From a bacterium (GTDB taxonomy: Bacteria > Verrucomicrobiota > Verrucomicrobiia > Chthoniobacterales > UBA6821): a DNA stretch of 64,000 bases. Below are positions 30,463-40,382 of this stretch, one piece after another; position 1 is the first letter of the stretch, and each line of letters opens with the position of its first letter. The notes beneath the pieces are model-generated. The model saw only the letters and a program-made list of their open reading frames with translations, searched no databases and was not told the origin of the DNA. The translations under genes were made by a program, and so were the position numbers. The stretch is from contig JBAXTN010000002.1 in NCBI GenBank assembly GCA_037130175.1, positions 56,455 through 120,454 of the forward strand, given 5' to 3'.

Positions 30463-30514
30463 CTCTTGTTTTTTCCTAAAGATACCTTTATCTTCCTTCA
30501 ACCCTTGTTTTCCA

Positions 30515-31498
30515 TTACCTGCACAAGGGGAACCTTTGTAAAGATTTATAAAAGCACTCATAACCTCTGGCAAGAATTCCAGGAATGAACATGCCTAAAG
30601 CCCAGGGATCTTCATTCAGAATAGAGCGAAAATGATAGGGAAAATTGCTAATCCAACTCCTGCCATTTTTCGTAAGATGAACAGACCAAAGATACATTAC
30701 ATGAAAGCGGGTTTTAATTTTAAGCCTCCATGAGATATCCGTGCAAGCCACTCGCCTTAGAAGTACGCGGAAGTATTCCTCATAGACAACCCTGTCTTTT
30801 GTTGCACTTCTGATAGTGCTCTCATGCTGACGGAATCGATTGAGAGGTTTTGCGATGTAGGCGATGTCATATTCTACCGCCACCCTCAAGAATAAATCCC
30901 AATCACAGCATACCCGGTAGTCATGAGAAAATTTTCCTACCCTACTAAAGCAATCTCGACGAAAAAGTGCCGCGCTCAGGTTGGGAATTACACACGAATG
31001 CAAAAGAAAGCGGGTTGCCTCCTTTCCAGAGAGCAGCGTATCCATCGCGCATCGGCTTCTGAACCCCTTTTCTCTTATCGTGAAATCATCTGAGAGAACC
31101 TGACTCTGCGAATCAATCATCTGGCTTCTGCAGAATACAACCCCGGCGGTGGGTTGTGAATTCATACCTTTCACAAGCTGCTCAATCATCGTCGATTCAC
31201 ACTCGTCATCACAATTCCCAAAAAGAACATACTCTCCGATGGCAAGAGCTAATCCCTGATTGCTGACCTCAACCCAGCCTCCGTTCTCTTCCCTGGCTAT
31301 AAGGCGAACTTTCGGATGCGTTTCATAACCTCTAAGAACCTCCAAGCTGGAATCGGTAGAGCAATCGTCGATGACAATAATCTCCATATTCTGATATGTC
31401 TGTTTTAGCAGACTATCCATTCGCCGCTGCAAATATCCTGCGTGATTATAGCTAGCGACAACGATACTCACCAGACCATTGACAGCGTTATCTTTCAC
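30515..31498 (-). CDS. GT2 glycosyltransferase
   Basis: VSIVVASYNH, DDCSTD, CDD, IPNLSA, DW. Confidence 0.9.
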   Translation of the reverse strand: MKDNAVNGLVSIVVASYNHAGYLQRRMDSLLKQTYQNMEIIVIDDCSTDSSLEVLRGYETHPKVRLIAREENGGWVEVSNQGLALAIGEYVLFGNCDDECESTMIEQLVKGMNSQPTAGVVFCRSQMIDSQSQVLSDDFTIREKGFRSRCAMDTLLSGKEATRFLLHSCVIPNLSAALFRRDCFSRVGKFSHDYRVCCDWDLFLRVAVEYDIAYIAKPLNRFRQHESTIRSATKDRVVYEEYFRVLLRRVACTDISWRLKIKTRFHVMYLWSVHLTKNGRSWISNFPYHFRSILNEDPWALGMFIPGILARGYECFYKSLQRFPLCR

Positions 31499-32631
31499 TT
31501 AAATAGACCCCGTCTTCTCATTTCCTTGATGCTTTCCTCGTAGAGATCTGCTTCGATACACTCGCCTTTCACCCATTTTACAAAGTGAAGAAGACCCTCC
31601 TCAATCGTCACTTTTGGTGAATATCCCAGAATCCGCAATATTTTGGAATTGTCTGCTACATTATGTCGGATATCTCCAGCTCTGTATTGACCTGAAACTT
31701 TGATTTCCGAATCACCACCGAAATGGGAAAGCAATAAATTTGCAACGGTCAACACATCGGTTCCTTTCCCTGAACCAACATTGAAGGAATCCGTGATGGG
31801 GTCGGGGCATTCAATGCCAGCAATCGTTGCTTCAACCACATCACTGATATAGACAAAGTCGCGGCTCTCCAGCCCGTCCTCAAAAATATTGATCTCGCGA
31901 CCATTGCGGATGCGTGTTGAAAATATGGATAGAATTCCAGTATAGGGATTTGATAAAGATTGCCCTGGTCCATAAACATTTTGATACCGGCAGGCAATCG
32001 TTGAGATCCCAATCGCCTTTCCCACCGACATCACCAGTTGCTCCTGGGTAAGCTTGGTTACACCATAAACCGAAGTTGGATGCAGGGCAGAGTTCTCATC
32101 CGTAAGAAGCATCTCAACGGTACGGAAACAAAGCGGACAAACGGGCTCAAACTCTCCACGCGACATCCTCTCTTCAGTTCGTTCCGTTGGAAAGCAAACA
32201 CCGTGCTCTTGGCATTGATACTTGCCCTCACCGTAGATTGCGCGCGATGATGCAATAACTATCCTTTGGATAGAAAGTTTTTCATTTGCGATTAAATCAA
32301 GCATCAACGCCGTGCCGCCGACATTCACCGAGACATATCGACTGATCGCGTACATCGACTGACCGGTTCCTGTCTCCGCAGCTAGGTGAACTATGGTATC
32401 AACACCCTTCATGGCATTAAACAGATCCTGACGGGATGTCACATCTCCACGAATAAAATCAACCTTTCCTGCAATGCTTTGATAGAGGGAGGAGGTCATT
32501 TCCTTCTTCCCATGGATCTGAGTGGCCAAACTGTCTAAGACCCGAACCTTATGCCCTTTAGCCAACAGTGCTAAAGAGAGATTGGAACCGATGAATCCAG
32601 CGCCACCAGTGATGAGGATATGACGGATCAT
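31495..32631 (-). CDS. NAD-dependent epimerase, WbiB-like (dTDP-L-rhamnose 4-epimerase)
   Basis: TGGAGFIG, HLAAETGTGQSMY, SSRAIYGEG.Y.C..HG...CP.C, YGVTK, YGPGQSLSNPYTGI. Confidence 0.78.
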   Translation of the reverse strand: MIRHILITGGAGFIGSNLSLALLAKGHKVRVLDSLATQIHGKKEMTSSLYQSIAGKVDFIRGDVTSRQDLFNAMKGVDTIVHLAAETGTGQSMYAISRYVSVNVGGTALMLDLIANEKLSIQRIVIASSRAIYGEGKYQCQEHGVCFPTERTEERMSRGEFEPVCPLCFRTVEMLLTDENSALHPTSVYGVTKLTQEQLVMSVGKAIGISTIACRYQNVYGPGQSLSNPYTGILSIFSTRIRNGREINIFEDGLESRDFVYISDVVEATIAGIECPDPITDSFNVGSGKGTDVLTVANLLLSHFGGDSEIKVSGQYRAGDIRHNVADNSKILRILGYSPKVTIEEGLLHFVKWVKGECIEADLYEESIKEMRRRGLFK

Positions 32632-32670
32632 GTAGATGAAAAAATAATCCCTTTGAAGTCAGCTGCCAAT

Positions 32671-33282
32671 TTATTTGGTATTTTCCCCTAACTGGGCTGC
32701 TGTAGCAATAAACTCATCGATATTGCCTTCAAACAAGTTCAACCGACTGAGAATGCAGGAGTGTTCCCAATCCCACCATTGAATCTGAAGGAGATCTTGA
32801 ATCTGGCTCTTGGAAAACCGGTATCGCAGAACCCTTGCAGGCACCCCTGCAGCAATGGCATAGGGAGGAATATCACTTGTTACAACTGCTCCAGCTCCAA
32901 TGACAGCGCCATCACCAATCGTCACTCCAGAGAGCACAATCGCCCGAGCCCCCATCCAGACATCATTGCCTATACACAAATCCCCCTTGCTCGAGGTCTC
33001 GGACTCACCGTCATCACCGAGACATCTGGCGCGAAATGGGTAATTGGCAGCCCGCCCATAATAGTGTTCGCCGCTGGCAATGATTTTTACCCCATAAGCA
33101 ATACTGCAATATTTTCCGATCGTAACACGGTCTGATTTCTTGAAAAGAAGCACAGTTTCCGGGGTGATCCCATAGGTATAAGCACCAACAATTACCCGCC
33201 GATCAATAGGCACCTTCCAAAAAATACGGATTATCTTCGAAAGCAAAGTGTTAATATGTTTTATTATCTTACTGTGATACAT
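32671..33282 (-). CDS. CatB/Vat-related hexapeptide O-acetyltransferase
   Basis: [30 protein letters not shown]. Confidence 0.85.
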   Translation of the reverse strand: MYHSKIIKHINTLLSKIIRIFWKVPIDRRVIVGAYTYGITPETVLLFKKSDRVTIGKYCSIAYGVKIIASGEHYYGRAANYPFRARCLGDDGESETSSKGDLCIGNDVWMGARAIVLSGVTIGDGAVIGAGAVVTSDIPPYAIAAGVPARVLRYRFSKSQIQDLLQIQWWDWEHSCILSRLNLFEGNIDEFIATAAQLGENTK

Positions 33283-34216
33283 TATGCTTTTTACGCATTT
33301 TCAACGAGCATAAAATAAAACGGCCGGGTAGGGAAAAATTCTGCCAAGGCTGGAGCCGGAAAACAAACCGATCAACAAGATAATAAAACAGCGTTAAAAA
33401 AGTCCAGGGCGCCCTGAACTGCTTTTTGAGTGACATAATTTGCATTGAGACCCCAATACTAAAAAGATGCCATGGTTTCACGGACTCGATATTAAATGAA
33501 GCGCTGGCGTATTCGGATAAAACTTCAATTTCAACTGGTCTCTCATGTGGGCTGCACATGGTATAGCCGCGGGCGATCTCATCCTGATGTCGACTACTAA
33601 ACAATCCGAATTTTTTGGGGATGATGGAAAGGAGGACGACAATAATTCCGTTGCAAAAAAAGTCCACGACACGAACGAACCAGTTTCTTTCGACCTGCTT
33701 TGATGAGAGAGGCTCGTAGAAATAGACTCTTCCTCCCGGCTTGAGAATCCGAGCTATTTTATAGAGGGTCAGCTGCAGTTCGCTCTCCGGCAGATGATGA
33801 AGAAAGGCATTCACAAATGCACAATCAAAATATTCTGCGTAATTTGATGAATCCCAAGATAGCAGATCACAGCAAATGAAAGATAGTTTTTCAGACGATT
33901 CCTTCTCTTTTAGGCGGTTGGCGGCACAGATCTGCTCCTGAGAAATATCCAAACCGAGAACCTCCATTCCTTGTTTTGCATAGACATGAGACAGCCACCC
34001 ACTTCCGCAGCCAATGTCAATCATCCTTTCACCTGCTTTCAGCAGATAATAGTTCCTGTCTTCTTCCATCCTGCTGCGGATCACGCGATTCATTAGCGGC
34101 GTAAGCTGCCACTGAAATGTCATGTACTCTCCATGATTATTCCACCATTTTTCCTCATCCTGATGCCACTTCTGAAGACTTACCTCGTTGGAATTGCTCA
34201 TTGAATCGGTCTTCAT
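33269..34216 (-). CDS. Class I SAM-dependent methyltransferase
   Basis: [22 protein letters not shown]. Confidence 0.85.
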   Translation of the reverse strand: MKTDSMSNSNEVSLQKWHQDEEKWWNNHGEYMTFQWQLTPLMNRVIRSRMEEDRNYYLLKAGERMIDIGCGSGWLSHVYAKQGMEVLGLDISQEQICAANRLKEKESSEKLSFICCDLLSWDSSNYAEYFDCAFVNAFLHHLPESELQLTLYKIARILKPGGRVYFYEPLSSKQVERNWFVRVVDFFCNGIIVVLLSIIPKKFGLFSSRHQDEIARGYTMCSPHERPVEIEVLSEYASASFNIESVKPWHLFSIGVSMQIMSLKKQFRAPWTFLTLFYYLVDRFVFRLQPWQNFSLPGRFILCSLKMRKKHNVSQ

Positions 34217-34902
34217 GAAGATATTTTTTCCGTGTCGTAGTTTTGGATGTCGGGCGATGTTCCATATTTTTCAGCAAAGGATTTTACACTCAGGAAGTCT
34301 GAGATGTGCTCCTGAATCCAAATATCGGGGCGCTCCCACCAAACGGACTTTAACAGGGAAGATCGGATCTCTTCATCGAATCGGTATCGGATTATTTTTG
34401 CCGGAACTCCTCCCACGATAGCATAGTCAGGAACATCTTTGGTCACCACGGCGCCCGCACCAATCACGGCCCCACAGCCGATCCGCAGTCCGGCCATAAT
34501 ACAGGCATTCTGTCCGATCCATACATCGTGCCCGATAGTTGTCCTTGGTGAAGAACAAGTTGCGATATCACCAGCTGAGAATGTTTTTACCAGCGGCGTA
34601 TTTTTTAGATAGAATGAAGGGTGACTGGAAACCATCTGCAGGGAATGCTGAGGCAGCCCTATGAAGGATCCCATGGCAAGTGAGCAGAAATTTCCTACAT
34701 CGGCCTGAAGGACAATGCTTCTTTCCTGAAGATAGGTATGACGACCAATCGTGGACTCCACAACCTTGGTTCCTTCAAAAAATACATTGTATCCTCCGAG
34801 AGAGGATTGACGGTCAATCACTACCCGTTCATAAAACCTGCATGTGGGGTAGCTGCTGCGGAGACGGGAGAGACGCCACCAATCTTTAAGGGCAGTGATC
34901 AT
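34213..34902 (-). CDS. CatB/Vat-related hexapeptide O-acetyltransferase
   Basis: [28 protein letters not shown]. Confidence 0.85.
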   Translation of the reverse strand: MITALKDWWRLSRLRSSYPTCRFYERVVIDRQSSLGGYNVFFEGTKVVESTIGRHTYLQERSIVLQADVGNFCSLAMGSFIGLPQHSLQMVSSHPSFYLKNTPLVKTFSAGDIATCSSPRTTIGHDVWIGQNACIMAGLRIGCGAVIGAGAVVTKDVPDYAIVGGVPAKIIRYRFDEEIRSSLLKSVWWERPDIWIQEHISDFLSVKSFAEKYGTSPDIQNYDTEKISS

Positions 34903-34950
34903 TGGACAATCTTTAGACTTCAGGCTTGGTGTAGAAAGGCACAGATATTT

Positions 34951-36801
34951 TCAATTCGACCTATCTAGCATCTTCAAAACCTGATCATAATTCCGCTCAA
35001 GATTTTTTCCATCAAGCGGCCCTACATATTGTTCCATAGTTTGACGGTTCAGAAATTGAGTGAAGCGCTCACTGCCAGTGTAGAAATCCTGCAGTGCTAC
35101 ATCAAGTTCCTCTCGAGAAGAGGTCATGACTACTTCGGATTTACCATCCCAAGGAGGATTAAGAAACTCGTTGTCTTTTTTGTAATAGATAGAGGGAATT
35201 CCAGAACAGGAAGCTTCAAATATTGTCTGTGAATTTATTGAAATGAAAAGATCGGTATCAGCCAGTAATTCCTGAAATGGCTCCATGTGAAAAACACGAC
35301 TTATAAAAGAAGGAAAATATTCCTCGACAAATTGTTCGTATTGCCACTTATACGCATTGGCACGCACTTTGATACGAACGCTAGCCCCACCGATACGGTT
35401 GCTAAAATCTTTTATCGAGGAAAGAACATCGAACATGAAGTCAAATTCGACAGCCAGATAGGAGTTGAGATCTAGATTATTAAAACCTGATGCTCCTACG
35501 GTTATCACTGGATTCTTACGATTCACAGAACGAGATTTTACCAAAGGATATTGATCCATTCGAGGATCTCCGAGGCAGACCACATTGTCCATTCCACGAA
35601 AATAGTTATTCTTAACACTCTCGGAATAACCATTGATCACAGTGGCATACTTGCTCTCGTCCAAAAAATTATTCGCAAATATTCCGTTCGCAATGAGGTA
35701 AACAGGAATTTCCTTGCTTTTTGCATAACAGTCCATAAGCGCGGAGATCTTTCCTAGATTGGCGATAAGCACTACAAGATCAAGTCCGTTTCTCTCGAAG
35801 TAGGAAACCACACAACTCAGGTCGCGAAGCGTTATGGCCAATACGGGGGAGAGACACTTCTCAATCACCTGAAAGACCTCATCCGTGATGTCACAATTCC
35901 CAGCAAGAATCACCCGATGACATCGGTCTGCGCGAAAAGCATCCATTAAAATATCGGCCTGACTCTGAAATCGCACCGGACTCCCATATGTCGGAATCAT
36001 TCGCTCCCTTAAAAGTCGGAACGGGTTCCATCTTGGTGTAATCTGCTCCTGAATGATCTGTATGCCAGAAGTCCTCTGCAATCGTGAAATCAGATCGCTG
36101 GTGGGGTAGTAATTTTGGATAAAAATAGATGACTGTTTTTTATAAAATCCAAAAAACATATCCACCACGGACAAGAGAATATTCTGACTTCGTGCAAACT
36201 CATTGCGAAGCCACCGCTTCCAAGAACTTTTATTCAGGCGCTCAGATACCCATTCCTTGATAGGAAATGAATATATAGGCGTATTCCGCATGCATGTTAC
36301 ATTAAGAAGTGAATATTGAATGTCAGTTTTTTTTAGAATATCGGTAATTTCGTCGATATTTGTAAATTCTTCTGAGATAATAATCGAGCCGTATAGCAAA
36401 CCATGAAGAGCCTCAAGGTTAAGTCGCAACCTAACATATCCAAGGAGTTCGCTTAATATGCTGATACGAAAGGCGAACCCAAATGCAATACCGTGATACT
36501 GAAAAATATCGTTCCCTTCCTTATTTTTGAACCAATCCCGAAAGAAGGAATAAACAATATAATTATTCTTCTCCATGGTATCCCGGTCAATGAGATGATC
36601 CAAATATTTAACCTCCGCGCCAAGTTCGGACAGATAATGATGTAAACCAAAGTCTGTCGTCAGCACAAGATCACTAGCCATGCAATAATTAGTCTCTACA
36701 TCCGGCCACTCCTTCCTTGATCGAAGAATATAAATATTTCTGTAGGAAGACTTCGAAAAGGTTTCTTTCACAGATTCAGTCATATTCCTATTATGAGGCA
36801 T
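34951..36801 (-). CDS. Hypothetical 616-aa soluble protein; possible GT-B-fold nonulosonate transferase
   Basis: Long ORF with no TMs; C-terminal LGDPRMD...DLFISINSQTIFEA..G.P resembles the GT-B donor-binding end. Confidence 0.5.
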   Translation of the reverse strand: MPHNRNMTESVKETFSKSSYRNIYILRSRKEWPDVETNYCMASDLVLTTDFGLHHYLSELGAEVKYLDHLIDRDTMEKNNYIVYSFFRDWFKNKEGNDIFQYHGIAFGFAFRISILSELLGYVRLRLNLEALHGLLYGSIIISEEFTNIDEITDILKKTDIQYSLLNVTCMRNTPIYSFPIKEWVSERLNKSSWKRWLRNEFARSQNILLSVVDMFFGFYKKQSSIFIQNYYPTSDLISRLQRTSGIQIIQEQITPRWNPFRLLRERMIPTYGSPVRFQSQADILMDAFRADRCHRVILAGNCDITDEVFQVIEKCLSPVLAITLRDLSCVVSYFERNGLDLVVLIANLGKISALMDCYAKSKEIPVYLIANGIFANNFLDESKYATVINGYSESVKNNYFRGMDNVVCLGDPRMDQYPLVKSRSVNRKNPVITVGASGFNNLDLNSYLAVEFDFMFDVLSSIKDFSNRIGGASVRIKVRANAYKWQYEQFVEEYFPSFISRVFHMEPFQELLADTDLFISINSQTIFEASCSGIPSIYYKKDNEFLNPPWDGKSEVVMTSSREELDVALQDFYTGSERFTQFLNRQTMEQYVGPLDGKNLERNYDQVLKMLDRSN

Positions 36802-36830
36802 CTATTAGTTCTGGACTTTCGATGGCGTTC

Positions 36831-37628
36831 TTATACAGCGCGGCAAATAAAATGCTTCAATGTGCGGCCTGATTTTACTTTCAATGTGGACATACCTGTA
36901 TCAAGAAGTTCTGCAATCTCAAACCCTGAGCGCCTAATGGCTTCTTTCCAATACCAGATGGGGTAATCTCTATCGCCCAGAGCAGGATCATAAAAGTATC
37001 CGGACGATGAGATGGAAGGCGACATAGAGTGGTAGCGCTTCAGGGAAAGATTTAAAAAGATGTTCAAGAATCCCTTCGTACTGGAGAGTAGATGGCGCAA
37101 TCCAGAATAGGGAGTTTCATTGAGAATGAAAAGATACCCCCCAGCCTTCAGTACCCTCCGACATTCCAGGAGCAGCGTCTCCAGATTCTCGGAATGATGA
37201 ATCACCGAGGAGGCTACGATGGCATCCAATTCCCCATCAGAGAAAAGTAGCGGATTGAATAGCCCCTCTATAGCTTCAATCTTCTCGTTCTTGCCATTCA
37301 TTTTAGAAATAACATCCGGAAGAAGGTTGGTCAAAAAGGCGTGACTCGAATCCAGAGCATAGATTTTTTGAACTTGATCAATGGTCGAAAGATACGCACT
37401 CAACCACCCACCACCACAACCAAGATCCAGAATACTCATCTCATTTATGAAATATGATTTCCAGTTTACAGTTTTGATTGCGTCAAAATAGTTACAGGTC
37501 TCACATATGGTCTGAAGATACTTTCCTGCCTCCCTTGTGAATTCCTTAGACTCGGGATAGTGTTTCTCCATCGATTGATCAAACTGACTCAATCCCTTAA
37601 TAGTTTGTTCGTGAATCCAATTTTTCAT
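36831..37628 (-). CDS. Class I SAM-dependent methyltransferase
   Basis: LDLGCGGG, VIHH, RRVLKAGG. Confidence 0.85.
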   Translation of the reverse strand: MKNWIHEQTIKGLSQFDQSMEKHYPESKEFTREAGKYLQTICETCNYFDAIKTVNWKSYFINEMSILDLGCGGGWLSAYLSTIDQVQKIYALDSSHAFLTNLLPDVISKMNGKNEKIEAIEGLFNPLLFSDGELDAIVASSVIHHSENLETLLLECRRVLKAGGYLFILNETPYSGLRHLLSSTKGFLNIFLNLSLKRYHSMSPSISSSGYFYDPALGDRDYPIWYWKEAIRRSGFEIAELLDTGMSTLKVKSGRTLKHFICRAV

Positions 37629-37659
37629 GAATATTTAAAGTTCTCCATTTAGAAATATA

Positions 37660-38847
37660 TTAGAACATCCCATTTAGTCTTAAAGTATTTAAGGGGGCTC
37701 CACGAACAATATCATTCAATTCGTATATTGTAGCAGCAGAGACATCTCCATTAGAAAGTGATTTATTACGATCCTCATCGATTTTATTTAATTGGAACTC
37801 AATATTATAAGGCATGATTTTTATACCAAAATCAGTTGGGGCATCTGATGGCTTATTAAATATTCGACATATAATCCAATTGCCAACTCGTTCTTTGTAA
37901 TGAGATGAGTCCCAGTAAAAAGACATTGGAGTTCTAACTTTTTCTGTAGTCACTGAGTTATATCCTGAGAAATCATAAAGTGGTATACTATAATCTGAAG
38001 CGAGTGTGCATATTCTTCTCTTCCAGTTTTTAAAATCATCCCACTTTTTAACAGCATGGATTCCCTCACCGTCTAAATACATATGAGAAGGATTAATAAA
38101 CAGTTTAACATCTATATTGTGATTTTTACAAATAATTAATAATGACTTTAATTCTTCATAGACCGATTCATTTATTGTAAAATCAAAATAATATTTCGTG
38201 TCTTGTTTCTTAGGAGTTAAAAAGATCCAATTAGTATAATAGTGACAAGACTCGTAGTTTTTTAAATTATAAAATGCTTCTGGTCGAAATCCATTTGTAT
38301 AAAACTCTAATCTATCTGGCTGTTGAAAACTCGTCGATACAGTTTTATATGAATCATATAATGCAGTAGAAGAAACTAATGTTGCTCCACAATAATCATA
38401 AAAGTGTATTTTTCTTCCAATTAGTTTCTCATCAAAATCAATGTTTTTTTGTTCCCGAGAATTAAACATAAAGAAGTCGAGACCAATAATGATGCGTTTT
38501 ATAGGTGCATTTTTTATAGCATGAATAATTAAAACTTTAGTTTCATGAATCCTATTCATGTCGACAGCAAGATTGTAAACAGGAGGGTATTCCTGCAAAA
38601 TTGGATTTTCTGGGTTAATTCCATCCATTACACGCGAAGAACCAAGCAGTATCGTTTGAGGCTTAATAATTGGTAGTTGCAATGCTTTTATTAGTCGAAT
38701 TTTCGATCTCACACCTTCCTTTTGTTGATTAAACCCCCTGTGAGTTTTCGCATAATACAATCCATATGGATCAACAACTAATGTCGTTATGCATGTAATT
38801 ATTAGAAGCGCAATTACAGTAATAGATAAATGTATTATGTATTTCAT
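37660..38847 (-). CDS. Membrane-anchored SGNH-like protein (MBOAT partner; DltD/AlgJ-like)
   Basis: N-terminal TM plus VDPYG, LLGSSR nucleophile motif, C-terminal WDSSHY (DxxH); directly downstream of the MBOAT gene. Confidence 0.7.
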   Translation of the reverse strand: MKYIIHLSITVIALLIITCITTLVVDPYGLYYAKTHRGFNQQKEGVRSKIRLIKALQLPIIKPQTILLGSSRVMDGINPENPILQEYPPVYNLAVDMNRIHETKVLIIHAIKNAPIKRIIIGLDFFMFNSREQKNIDFDEKLIGRKIHFYDYCGATLVSSTALYDSYKTVSTSFQQPDRLEFYTNGFRPEAFYNLKNYESCHYYTNWIFLTPKKQDTKYYFDFTINESVYEELKSLLIICKNHNIDVKLFINPSHMYLDGEGIHAVKKWDDFKNWKRRICTLASDYSIPLYDFSGYNSVTTEKVRTPMSFYWDSSHYKERVGNWIICRIFNKPSDAPTDFGIKIMPYNIEFQLNKIDEDRNKSLSNGDVSAATIYELNDIVRGAPLNTLRLNGMF

Positions 38848-38853
38848 TGCAAC

Positions 38854-40377
38854 TTAAAACTGAAAATACAAAAACTCACTTACCTTATTTATAGATATTA
38901 TAGCAATAAATAATATTAAACCAGTGATAATTCCATACAAGGGTGTTAGCGGCCATATATTCGATTGGGGTTGAGGAAGTTCATCACATGTTATATCATA
39001 GTGTGAAAGTAGCCTCTGGGTATTCGGGAAAAACCAGACAACAATAAGACCAACAAATAACCATGCTACTGTTTCTGGAAATGAGATTGATGACCCAGGT
39101 ATAAATCCATTAAATTGCAAGCTACTAATGTTGAGGAATTTATACTTAACTGAAAGAGACTCTGCAAATGATATTCCATTGAAACCAAACATTCCCCTCC
39201 AGAGGGCATATGTAGAATTTATATTTGTCGCCCTGAAAGGTATCCATGCAACAACTACACACAGAAAAGTCAAAACTACAGAAAATGCATGGTTAAATCG
39301 AAAATAATATTTCAATCTAAAATGCTTAAGATCACTCCAGAAATGGTTTATAATTAAATATGTTCCGTGTAAGCCACCCCAAAGAACAAAATTCCATCCG
39401 GCACCATGCCACAATCCACCAAGAAGCATTGTAATTAATATATTATAGTAACGAATGGATACACCTTTTCTATTTCCACCTAATGGTATATATAAATAGT
39501 TTTTAAGAAAAATTGATAACGATATATGCCAACGACGCCAAAAATCAATAATACTTGATGCCTTATAAGGAGAATTAAAATTTAGTGGCAGTTTTATACC
39601 AAACATTTTAGATATTCCAAGTGCCATGTCAGAGTATCCAGAGAAATCAAAATATATTTGTAATGCAAAGGATATACCAGCAGTCCATGCACCAATAAAC
39701 ATTGGAGGGTATTCTGTTATGTTTGCATTGAAAAGTGGAGTGGAATATCTTGCGTATTGTTCTGCAAATATAACCTTTTTAAATAACCCGAATGAAAACA
39801 AAGTCAATCCAGCCGCTATCGATTGATAAATTAATTTGCTAGTTTCCTTATTTGCAAACTGAGGCATCATTTGCTTGTGATGCAGCACTGGCCCTGCAAT
39901 AAGATGAGGAAACCATGTTACAAATAGTAAATAATGTATGAAGTTTCGTTCTATCGAGATTTTTCGATAGACATCAACAAGGTACGCAATTTGAGTAAAT
40001 GTAAAAAATGAAATTCCTAGCGGTAGCACTATATCAATGTAATTATATTTAAATCCGATTGCATTTGCCGATGATATAAAAAAGTTTGCATATTTAAATA
40101 CACCCAAAAGACTTAAATTAAATATTATGAATATAATTAGTAATATTTTTTTTCGATCTATTTTTGCTGTAGCTATTAAATTTCCGGCATTATAATTTAC
40201 TAAAATTGATCCAAGAAGAACTATAACAAATTTTGGATTCCAATATCCATAAAATAGTATAGACGCAAAGGCTAGCCATAGAAGCGACAATCTATAGCTT
40301 TTTCTTCGGATTAAGTAATAAGCAACTATTACTATAGGTAAATATGCAAATATAAACTCGAAAGAATTAAATAACAT
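38854..40377 (-). CDS. MBOAT O-acyltransferase (AlgI/PatA/DltB family)
   Basis: MLFNS..F, LPLGISFFTF, AGP, QIYFDFSGYSDMA, FWRRWHISLS, GLWHGA, terminal FLYFQF. Confidence 0.93.
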   Translation of the reverse strand: MLFNSFEFIFAYLPIVIVAYYLIRRKSYRLSLLWLAFASILFYGYWNPKFVIVLLGSILVNYNAGNLIATAKIDRKKILLIIFIIFNLSLLGVFKYANFFISSANAIGFKYNYIDIVLPLGISFFTFTQIAYLVDVYRKISIERNFIHYLLFVTWFPHLIAGPVLHHKQMMPQFANKETSKLIYQSIAAGLTLFSFGLFKKVIFAEQYARYSTPLFNANITEYPPMFIGAWTAGISFALQIYFDFSGYSDMALGISKMFGIKLPLNFNSPYKASSIIDFWRRWHISLSIFLKNYLYIPLGGNRKGVSIRYYNILITMLLGGLWHGAGWNFVLWGGLHGTYLIINHFWSDLKHFRLKYYFRFNHAFSVVLTFLCVVVAWIPFRATNINSTYALWRGMFGFNGISFAESLSVKYKFLNISSLQFNGFIPGSSISFPETVAWLFVGLIVVWFFPNTQRLLSHYDITCDELPQPQSNIWPLTPLYGIITGLILFIAIISINKVSEFLYFQF

Positions 40378-40382
40378 TGATA

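Noticed and set aside
32671-34902. CatB/Vat-like genes as antibiotic-resistance determinants
   Set aside because: They are embedded and translationally coupled in a glycan operon, so sugar O-acetylation is the simpler reading
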